The notes under the pieces are model-generated. The model was not told the DNA's origin. It made no database searches and saw only the letters and a program-made list of their open reading frames with translations. From Gemmatimonadaceae bacterium (GTDB lineage: Bacteria; Gemmatimonadota; Gemmatimonadetes; Gemmatimonadales; Gemmatimonadaceae): DNA of 64,000 nucleotides. Below, piece after piece: positions 19,077 through 26,860 of this stretch. Each line of letters starts with the position of its first letter. Positions within the stretch are counted from its first letter, which is position 1. A program made the translations under genes and the position numbers. The stretch lies in the NCBI GenBank assembly GCA_045803545.1, contig JBJMOW010000004.1, positions 800,001 to 864,000 on the forward strand, given 5' to 3'.

Positions 19077-19754
19077 TTGACGAGCTCTATGCTGGAACAG
19101 GAAACCCAACTACCGTCAGCAGTCGAGACCACACCGGTCGTGTTCGTCGTGGACGACGACATCTCTGTACGAGAATCACTTGAAGGGCTGATCCGCTCCA
19201 CTGGTTGGCGATGCGAGACGTTTGCCTCGGCGACTGAATTCCTCGTGCGCTCGCGGGCTGGCGGCCCGAGCTGTCTCGTCCTCGACGTTCAGCTTCCAGA
19301 TTTGAGCGGGCTCGATGTGCAGGAGCGTATCGGCACGGACCGACTCGACATGCCGATCATCTTTATCAGCGGTCATGGCGACGTGCCGATGACAGTCAGG
19401 GCGATGAGAGCGGGCGCCGTCGAATTTCTGACGAAGCCGATTAGTGACCAGGCACTACTGAGCGCGATCAGGAATGCGCTCGAGCGCAGCGTAATCGCGT
19501 TCGGCAATGAATCGGACTTGAAATTCGTCAGGGAATGCTATGCGTCCCTGAGCCGCCGCGAGCGCGAAGTCATGATCCTCGTCGTGAAAGGCAGTTTGAA
19601 CAAGCAGGTCGCGGCGCAGCTAGGCATCAGCGAGATCACGGTGAAGGCGCATCGCGGACGAGTGATGCGGAAGATGCACGCAGATTCTCTTGCTCAGCTG
19701 GTAAATATTGCGGGGCGTCTTCGTGTTCCCACACAGGTGTTCATGCGAACGTAA
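19077..19754 (+). CDS. FixJ/NodW-type LuxR-family response regulator (start may be ATG 19089)
   Basis: Receiver plus LSxRE...NKQVA..LGISEITVK.HRG.VM.KM HTH. Confidence 0.93.
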   Translation: MTSSMLEQETQLPSAVETTPVVFVVDDDISVRESLEGLIRSTGWRCETFASATEFLVRSRAGGPSCLVLDVQLPDLSGLDVQERIGTDRLDMPIIFISGHGDVPMTVRAMRAGAVEFLTKPISDQALLSAIRNALERSVIAFGNESDLKFVRECYASLSRREREVMILVVKGSLNKQVAAQLGISEITVKAHRGRVMRKMHADSLAQLVNIAGRLRVPTQVFMRT

Positions 19755-19794
19755 AAGTTGGTGTAAGGGTATCCCCTGCGGCGCAATCGGACCG

Positions 19795-19800
19795 TATAAT
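19795..19800 (+). promoter_or_regulatory. Possible sigma70 -10 box for the PAS kinase
   Basis: Exact TATAAT 56 bp upstream of the TTG start; no clear -35. Confidence 0.3.
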
Positions 19801-19855
19801 CAACCCGGCATCCGAGGATGGCTGATCGCAAAGGCCATCGCGCGAGGATCCGCAG

Positions 19856-21451
19856 TTGATCGACACCGACATCAGGGAGTGGGTCGAAGGATTTCCCGGC
19901 CTCATGGTCACCATGAGCGTCATGGGACAGGTCGAGCTATTCAGCAATGAGGTCCTCGAGTATTTCGGGAAGACCGCCGAGGAATTGCGGACCTGGCAGC
20001 TGACCGACGCCGTCCATCCGGACGATTTGTTGCGAGTGATTGCGGCATTCACAGAGTCGGTGACGACCGGAAAACCGTATACCATCGAACATCGCTGCCG
20101 CAGGGCCGACGGCGCATACCGCTGGTTTCAAGTTCGCGCGTTGGCCATTCAGGGCAAAAATGATCATGTGACTGGATGGTTCGTGGTGCTGTCCGACATC
20201 GACGACGTCAAACGCGCAGAAGAACGGATGCGGGCGACGCAGCGCAACCTCACCGAAACCATTGACGCGCTACGCAGAAGCGAGACCTTCCTCCTCGAGA
20301 TCCAGCGACTTAGTCACACCGGCGGCTGGCGGTATGACGTGGCGACGGACACAGTAGAAAGTTCGCCCGAGATCCAGCGCTTTTACGATCCGCAGCCGCA
20401 CGAGGATATCTCGAAGCCCGCGTTCTGGTTCGACAGGATTCATCCGGACGACAGGCCCCGGGTGCAGTCGCATTTCGTGCGTTGCCTCCAGGAGCGAACC
20501 GAATATCAGGACGGCTATCGAATCCTCCTTCCGGACGGCGCGATCAGGTACCAGTACGCTACCGGCCATCCCGTCGTGGATGCTGCCGGCAACCTCGTGG
20601 AGTTCATGGGCGCGTCGATGGACATGACCGAGCATTGGCAGGCTAGCACCGAGCTGCATCAAACATCCGAAACACTGCGCGAGCTGCAAATCGCTATGTC
20701 ACGCGCCGCGCACGTTGCGACCGCAGGCGAGCTCGCCGCTTCAATTGCGCACGAGGTCAATCAACCGCTGTCGGGGATCATTACAAACTCCAGTACGTGC
20801 CTGCGGATGCTCGACGCCGAGCCACCGAACGTCGATGGCGCGCGCGAGACAGCGAGGCGAACGATTCGTGACGGCAATCGCGCGTCAGAGGTGGTTGCGC
20901 GCCTGCGAGGGTTGTTCAGCAAGCAGGAGTTCACTTTCGACTGGCTGGATCTCAATGAGGCGACGCAGGAGGTCATCGCGTTGTCGTCGAGTGATCTGCA
21001 GCGCAACAACATCACCGTTGAATCAGATCTCGACGAACGTCTTCCGCAGATCACGGGCGACCGCATCCAGCTTCAGCAGGTGATTCTGAACCTTATCCGC
21101 AACGCAACGGACGCGATGACCGACGTCGATGGGCGTCCGCGGCGATTGATCGTGCGAACCGTTCGTGACAGCGATGGCGTGCGATTCACAGTACGGGATA
21201 CGGGAACGGGAATCGACCCCGACAGCGCGAACAAGGTTTTCAACGCCTTCTACACAACCAAGAACGGCGGTATGGGTATCGGCCTGTCCGTCAGCCGCTC
21301 GATCATCGAGAGCCATCACGGCCGCATCTGGGCGGAGTCCAACGACGACATCGGCGCGACCTTCGCGTTTTCGATTCCGACCAAAGCGAAAGCTCTGGCA
21401 ATCCCGGACGTGAGTATAAGTCCGAGGGTCGCGCCGACCGCAGCAGTTTGA
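19856..21451 (+). CDS. Cytoplasmic PAS-PAS sensor histidine kinase (FixL/NodV-like)
   Basis: Two HPDD PAS/PAC domains, SIAHEVNQPL, QQV.LNL..NA, FYTTK..GMGIGL; no TM; GAGG 8 nt before TTG. Confidence 0.92.
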   Translation: MIDTDIREWVEGFPGLMVTMSVMGQVELFSNEVLEYFGKTAEELRTWQLTDAVHPDDLLRVIAAFTESVTTGKPYTIEHRCRRADGAYRWFQVRALAIQGKNDHVTGWFVVLSDIDDVKRAEERMRATQRNLTETIDALRRSETFLLEIQRLSHTGGWRYDVATDTVESSPEIQRFYDPQPHEDISKPAFWFDRIHPDDRPRVQSHFVRCLQERTEYQDGYRILLPDGAIRYQYATGHPVVDAAGNLVEFMGASMDMTEHWQASTELHQTSETLRELQIAMSRAAHVATAGELAASIAHEVNQPLSGIITNSSTCLRMLDAEPPNVDGARETARRTIRDGNRASEVVARLRGLFSKQEFTFDWLDLNEATQEVIALSSSDLQRNNITVESDLDERLPQITGDRIQLQQVILNLIRNATDAMTDVDGRPRRLIVRTVRDSDGVRFTVRDTGTGIDPDSANKVFNAFYTTKNGGMGIGLSVSRSIIESHHGRIWAESNDDIGATFAFSIPTKAKALAIPDVSISPRVAPTAAV

Positions 21452-21474
21452 GTGACTCGACTCTGCCCTCGACG

Positions 21475-22851
21475 TTAGTCCGCGCGGCCACTCGCTGTCG
21501 ATGCGCTCCGGAGTGACCTGAAGCCATCGCGCATCGCGCTTACGAAATACTCCGGCTGCTCCCACGCCGCGAAGTGTCCGCCCTTAGGGAACTTCTCGTA
21601 GTAAATCATTTTGGGGTAAGCCTTCTCCGCCCAGGTGCGTGGCGCCGCGTAGATCTCGTCCGGGAACACCGTCACCACGACGGGTAGCTGAATATTCCTC
21701 ACCGTGAAGAAGCCGCCTGGCGGAAGTGTGTGACTGTTGTCCCAGTACAGACGTGCGGACGATACCGCCGTGTTCGTCAACCAGTACATGGTGATGTTAT
21801 CGAGGATATCGTCTCGCGAGAGACCTTCGCGCTGACCCGCAAACACACGTGAGATGAGTTTCTGGCTGGCGTCATCGTGATCGAGAATCCACGCGGCCAG
21901 ACCGACTGGCGAGTCGGCGATGCCGTACAATGTCTGCGCACGCAACGACATCTCATTTGCGTAGCCGAGGCCGTTCCTGTAGAAAAAGCCCAGCTGATCC
22001 CACGCTCTCGATTCGTCGGCACTGAGATCTGCCGGCTTTGGTTTGCCCGCGGAAATCGCTGCATCGATCTCGGGCGCAACTGTCGCCGCCATGTTGGTCG
22101 AAATGCCGAGTAATTCCGGTGGTCCCTGAAGCGCCATGGTCTCCGTGACGGCATTGCCCCAGTCCCCACCCTGCGCGACGAACGTCGTGTAGCCGAGGTT
22201 CTTCATCAGCGTCGTCCAGGCTTTGGCGATTCTTACAGGGTTCCATCCGGGCGATGTCGGTTTGCCGGAGAAGCCGTAACCGGGAAGCGAAGGGATTACC
22301 ACATCAAAAGCATCGGCGGAGCTTGCACCGTACTTCGTCGGATTGGTGAGCGGATCGATGATCTTCATCTGCTCGATGAATGAGCCCGGCCAACCGTGCG
22401 TTACGATTATCGGTAGCGCGTTCTTTTCCTTCGACTTGACGTGAATGAAATGAATGTCCAGCCCATCGATGTTGGTGATGAAATTCGGGTACGAGTTGAT
22501 CCTCTTCTCGGCTCTGCGCCAGTCGTAGTCGTTCGCCCAATAGTTGGCGAGTGCCTGCATCGTCGCGAGCTGTACGCCCTGGGTATCGTCGGTGACCGTT
22601 TCTTTCTCGGGCCACCTGGTCGCTTTAACGCGCCGCTTCAGGTCTGTAAGCTGCTCTTCGGGGAAGCTCGCGTGAAATGTTCGGATCTCGGACCGGCCAG
22701 TCTTCAATGCCGCGTCTTTCGAACTTTCAGTTCTGGTTTGCATTGCCTCCAACCTCCGTGAAAAAGCGACAAGACCCAATTGGCCCGCCGCAACAGTCGC
22801 GGCGGCAGCACTGACAAAGCGACGGCGGTTTAGATCGGGCGTGTCGGACAT
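21475..22851 (-). CDS. Tat-exported epoxide hydrolase (microsomal EH-type N-terminus)
   Basis: RRRFV Tat motif; YDWR..E, HGWPGS, PSLPGYGFS, QGGDWG, GGHFAAWEQP. Confidence 0.93.
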   Translation of the reverse strand: MSDTPDLNRRRFVSAAAATVAAGQLGLVAFSRRLEAMQTRTESSKDAALKTGRSEIRTFHASFPEEQLTDLKRRVKATRWPEKETVTDDTQGVQLATMQALANYWANDYDWRRAEKRINSYPNFITNIDGLDIHFIHVKSKEKNALPIIVTHGWPGSFIEQMKIIDPLTNPTKYGASSADAFDVVIPSLPGYGFSGKPTSPGWNPVRIAKAWTTLMKNLGYTTFVAQGGDWGNAVTETMALQGPPELLGISTNMAATVAPEIDAAISAGKPKPADLSADESRAWDQLGFFYRNGLGYANEMSLRAQTLYGIADSPVGLAAWILDHDDASQKLISRVFAGQREGLSRDDILDNITMYWLTNTAVSSARLYWDNSHTLPPGGFFTVRNIQLPVVVTVFPDEIYAAPRTWAEKAYPKMIYYEKFPKGGHFAAWEQPEYFVSAMRDGFRSLRSASTASGRAD

Positions 22852-22911
22852 TCGAGTCGTTTCCGTTGGCGGGGGATTGGCAGAATAATTCCAACAAGTC
22901 GGCAATCCCTG

Positions 22912-22947
22912 TATTGCACGTTGGTATCGGTCGATACCTTGGTATCA
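22912..22947. promoter_or_regulatory. Bipartite operator copy 2: TATTGCAC-GTTG-GTATCG-N2-CGATAC-CTTG-GTATCA
   Basis: Same element as 18602-18647, same orientation relative to a leftward hydrolase gene. Confidence 0.7.
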
Positions 22948-22980
22948 GTGCAGCGCGCGCGCCCTTCGCGGCAACTCGTG

Positions 22981-24246
22981 TCAAAGTACGCGCGTGATTT
23001 GATTCGCCGCCCATTCCTTTACATGCTCGGTGACCGGCCGCCGGCGGAACTCAGCGTAGTCGACTGCTGTGGCCTGACGGAGGTCATTCTTGAACATGGC
23101 TTGCATTTGCCGACCAAAGCCGGAATCGAGCACCACCAGCGTTGCCTCGTCGTTCAGCGCGAGCGAACGGTTGTCAAAGTTCATCGTTCCGACGCTCGAC
23201 CAGATACCATCGACGACGAAGGTCTTCGCATGCAGCGTCGTCGGGTCATATTCGTAAATCCGCACACCCGCGGCGAGCAGTGCGTCGTAGCGCCCGTGCG
23301 CGGCCAGACGCGCAACGCGAACATCGGTCTTGGGACCTCCTACCAGCAGCTGCACGTCAACACCTCGGCGTGCTGCGTCAATCAACAGTCCAACAAAGTT
23401 CTTGTCGGGCGCGAAGTATGCGTTGGTGATGTAGAGGCTGCGCTGCGCGCCGGCGATAGACATTGCCAGATAGCGTTCAGCAGGAGTGCTGCCGAGCGTC
23501 GGCGCGGTGTAGAGCAGTGCCGCCGATGAAACACCGCCGTTCAATGGCGGCGGCTGAATGCGTCCGGTAAAAAGGTCTCCGGTCGCTTCCGCCCATCCGG
23601 CGGTGACGGCCTCCAGCAAATGCATTACGGCGGGTCCCTTGATCCGCACAGCGGTGTCGCGCCAACCGGTGCCCGGGCGCTTCTCGCCCAACCACTTGTC
23701 GTCGAAGCCAAAGCCGCCGGTCCAACCGACTTCCCAGTCGATGACGACACCTCTGATGTGCGCACGGTTCTGGATAATCCAGAGATTGCGAACGCGCAGC
23801 GGCCGGAACGGAACGATCTGTACGCCGGCCTTGCGCAGTCTCTCGGAGTACGCTCCGCCAAGGGCCTTCGCACCAAAAGCGTCATAGAGCACGTAGACGG
23901 CAACGCCCGCTCGCGCACGCTCAGTTAGAATCTCCGCCAGCGTCTCGGTCACTTCGCCGGCCAGTGCGTAATACATCTGGATGCTGATCGCGATTTTAGC
24001 GGCGCGCAGATCTTCCCACAGTTGTGGGAAAACGCCGCCGTCGAGCACCAGCTCGATTTCATTCCCGGGAAGAAGCTCGGAACCGGTCAGGAGCGAGAAT
24101 GTGGTCGGGAACTCACTCTCTTCGGGCGAAACGGGTGCGCCGTCGACGCCGACACCGCGCACTCGTCGCACCGCGGTGCCGCGCGTGACGAAGAGGAAGC
24201 CGATGATGGCAGCGACGAGTACTGCCGCCACCAGTACCCAATTCAT
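22981..24246 (-). CDS. cls: Cardiolipin synthase-like phospholipase D (ClsB-type length)
   Basis: Two PLD motifs (HIRGVVID and HAKTFVVD), WRDT, YF.P, GT.NFDNRS..LNDE; N-terminal TM. Confidence 0.85.
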   Translation of the reverse strand: MNWVLVAAVLVAAIIGFLFVTRGTAVRRVRGVGVDGAPVSPEESEFPTTFSLLTGSELLPGNEIELVLDGGVFPQLWEDLRAAKIAISIQMYYALAGEVTETLAEILTERARAGVAVYVLYDAFGAKALGGAYSERLRKAGVQIVPFRPLRVRNLWIIQNRAHIRGVVIDWEVGWTGGFGFDDKWLGEKRPGTGWRDTAVRIKGPAVMHLLEAVTAGWAEATGDLFTGRIQPPPLNGGVSSAALLYTAPTLGSTPAERYLAMSIAGAQRSLYITNAYFAPDKNFVGLLIDAARRGVDVQLLVGGPKTDVRVARLAAHGRYDALLAAGVRIYEYDPTTLHAKTFVVDGIWSSVGTMNFDNRSLALNDEATLVVLDSGFGRQMQAMFKNDLRQATAVDYAEFRRRPVTEHVKEWAANQITRVL

Positions 24247-24418
24247 CACGCGACCGAAGTGATGCAGAAACGCAGGCTGAGCGATTGCCGCGATTGAGCG
24301 AACGAGTATCAAGAACACTGAGCTTGTCTCTCCTCCACCGCCACCAAGTTACCGAATCGTGATCTTCGGCGTGGCGGGCGCGTTGACGCGGCCGATGGCA
24401 CGAGCGACACTTCGCGCT

Positions 24419-26125
24419 ATGCGAATCCGTCCCGTTCTCCTCGCCGCACTGGCCGCCGTACCCGTCGCGGCCCAGTCGCCTCGCACCGCTCCGGACTTCG
24501 GTCCCAACGTCACGATCTTCGATTCAACCACGCCGGCCGCCACCATCCAGGCGAGGCTCGACACAATCTTCGCGTCGCAGGAGTCCAGCGAGTTCGGCGC
24601 GGGGCGGTTTGCGATTCTGTTCAAGCCGGGGACCTACGATGTGGATGCGCGAATCGGATACTACACCCAGGTGTCCGGCCTCGGAATTTTGCCGGACGAT
24701 GTCGTCATCAATGGCGGCATGCGTGCCGATGCGCGCTGGAGGAAGGGGAACGCAACGGTGAACTTCTGGCGGGACGTCGAGAACATGTCGATCGTTCCAG
24801 CCGGCGGCTTCGACCGATGGGCCGTGTCACAGGCCGCGCCAACGCGCCGAATGCACATTCGCGGCGACCTCGTGCTCGATGATGGTGGCTGGTCGAGTGG
24901 TGGTTTTCTTGCCGACTCCAAGGTCGACGGCGAGGTGAGATCCGGGAGCCAGCAACAGTGGCTGACGCGCAACAGCGCGCTCGGAAACTGGACGGGATCG
25001 AACTGGAACATGGTATTCGTCGGCACTCAGAATGCGCCAGCGAACAGCTTTCCGGATCCACCCTACACCACCGTCGATGCCGCTCCACTGATCCGTGAGA
25101 AGCCGTTCCTCATCGTCGACCGGCGCGGCGAGTGGAAGGTTTTCGTTCCGGCGCTCCGCTCGAATGCGGAGGGTACGACCTGGAGCTCCGGAAATCCGCG
25201 CGGAGTCGCGCGTCCGCTGAGCGAGTTTGTCATCGTCAAGCCGGGCGCTTCCGCCGCGACGATGAACGGCGCGCTGACGCGGAACAAGAGCCTCATCATC
25301 ACGCCTGGCGTGTACCATCTGGATGCGCCGCTTCGCGTCAGGAAGGCGAACACCATCGTCCTCGGACTCGGCCTGGCGACTCTTGTTCCGGACGACGGCG
25401 TCAGTGCGATCACGGTCGATGACGTGGATGGCGTGACCCTCGCCGGCCTTCTCATCGCTGCGGGTCCGACCAACTCGCCGGTGCTCGTGCAGATCGGGCG
25501 GTCTCATTCGTCCATCCGGCATTCGTCTGACCCGACATTGCTCAGCGATCTGTTCGTTCGGGTCGGCGGCGCCGGAATCGGGAAAGCAACCCGCTCCGTC
25601 GAGATCAACAGCAACGACGTCATCGGCGACCATCTGTGGCTCTGGCGCGCCGATCACGGCAACGGAGTCGGATGGACCTCGAATACGGCGGCGAACGGCC
25701 TCGTCGTGAACGGCAACGACGTGACGATGTACGGACTCTTCGTGGAGCACTACCAGCAGTACCAGGTGCAATGGAATGGAAACGGCGGGCGCACCTACAT
25801 GTTTCAGAACGAGATGCCCTACGATGTGCCGGATCAGGCGGAGTGGATGAGCGGCGGGACGCGTGGGTTCGCCGCCTATCGAGTCGACGCCGCGGTCACC
25901 AGTCACGAAGCGTGGGGACTCGGTAGCTACTGCTTCTTCAACAGAAATCCCAAGGTGGTCGCGGATCACGCCTTCGAGGCGCCCATCGCTCCCGGCGTGC
26001 GACTGCGGAACATGGTGATCGTGTCGCTGGGCGGCGGCCGCGGTACGATTTCGCACGTCATCAACGAGACGGGGAATGCGGCGCAAGCCGGAGCGACTGT
26101 CCAGAAGCTTGTCAGTGGTAATTGA
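24419..26125 (+). CDS. Secreted GH55-type beta-1,3-glucanase (bacterial)
   Basis: PDFGPNV, LFKPG.Y, NFWR..EN, WAVSQAAP.RR, GSQQQW, W.WRADHG, EHYQ, QNE.PYD motifs; signal peptide. Confidence 0.85.
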   Translation: MRIRPVLLAALAAVPVAAQSPRTAPDFGPNVTIFDSTTPAATIQARLDTIFASQESSEFGAGRFAILFKPGTYDVDARIGYYTQVSGLGILPDDVVINGGMRADARWRKGNATVNFWRDVENMSIVPAGGFDRWAVSQAAPTRRMHIRGDLVLDDGGWSSGGFLADSKVDGEVRSGSQQQWLTRNSALGNWTGSNWNMVFVGTQNAPANSFPDPPYTTVDAAPLIREKPFLIVDRRGEWKVFVPALRSNAEGTTWSSGNPRGVARPLSEFVIVKPGASAATMNGALTRNKSLIITPGVYHLDAPLRVRKANTIVLGLGLATLVPDDGVSAITVDDVDGVTLAGLLIAAGPTNSPVLVQIGRSHSSIRHSSDPTLLSDLFVRVGGAGIGKATRSVEINSNDVIGDHLWLWRADHGNGVGWTSNTAANGLVVNGNDVTMYGLFVEHYQQYQVQWNGNGGRTYMFQNEMPYDVPDQAEWMSGGTRGFAAYRVDAAVTSHEAWGLGSYCFFNRNPKVVADHAFEAPIAPGVRLRNMVIVSLGGGRGTISHVINETGNAAQAGATVQKLVSGN

Positions 26126-26157
26126 TGCAGCGTCATTGATACCGCCGGACGGCGAGG

Positions 26158-26739
26158 ATGAAACCTGTTGAGAAGTCAGTGATCGAACAAAAACGGTGTT
26201 CGTGGGTCAACGTCGACAACGCGCTCATGCGCGAGTATCACGATCGCGAATGGGGGGTGCCGGTCCACGACGATCGCAAACACTTCGAGTTCCTCATTCT
26301 CGAAGCGGCGCAGGCTGGATTGAGCTGGTCGATCGTGCTCAACAAGCGTGAGGGTTACCGCCGCGCGTTCAGCCAGTTCGATCCGGAGAAAGTTGCCCGA
26401 TTCACCAAGGCGCGAATCGAGAAGCTCGTTGCCGATCCAGGAATAATCCGCAACCGGTTGAAGATCGAATCAGCCGTGAGGAACGCGCGTGCGCTGCTCG
26501 CGGTGCAGGAGGAATTCGGAAGCTTCGACGAGTACAGCTGGCGCTTCGTCGATGGCAAGCCGCGCCAGAATCGCTGGAAATCACTGCGGCAAATTCCCGC
26601 CACGACGCCCGAGTCCGACAAGTTCAGCCGCGATCTCAAGCAGCGCGGCTTCAGTTTCGTCGGATCGACCGTGATCTACGCACACATGCAGGCGGTTGGT
26701 ATGGTCAACGATCACATGGTCGACTGCTTTCGGTCATGA
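26158..26739 (+). CDS. tag: DNA-3-methyladenine glycosylase I
   Basis: RC.W, YHD.EWG, LE..QAGLSW, IIRNRLKI, MQA.GMVNDH...C. Confidence 0.96.
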   Translation: MKPVEKSVIEQKRCSWVNVDNALMREYHDREWGVPVHDDRKHFEFLILEAAQAGLSWSIVLNKREGYRRAFSQFDPEKVARFTKARIEKLVADPGIIRNRLKIESAVRNARALLAVQEEFGSFDEYSWRFVDGKPRQNRWKSLRQIPATTPESDKFSRDLKQRGFSFVGSTVIYAHMQAVGMVNDHMVDCFRS

Positions 26740-26860
26740 TTGTTCTGCGGGCACGTAGACCAACCGACACAGGATGATCACCCGTCATCCAATCGTCTGT
26801 ATGGCGTCGCGCAGAACTGTGACCTAAGTTAGCCTGGCTCCCTTTAGGTGAAGGTCACAA

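Noticed and set aside
19817..19858. Frameshifted longer N-terminus for the PAS kinase from ATG 19817
   Set aside because: TTG 19856 has a well-spaced GAGG, so no frameshift is needed
24827..26086. 419-aa antisense ORF (also others such as 34289-35041, 47081-47806 and 61881-62543)
   Set aside because: Shadow or off-frame ORFs expected at high GC over genes with clear family motifs
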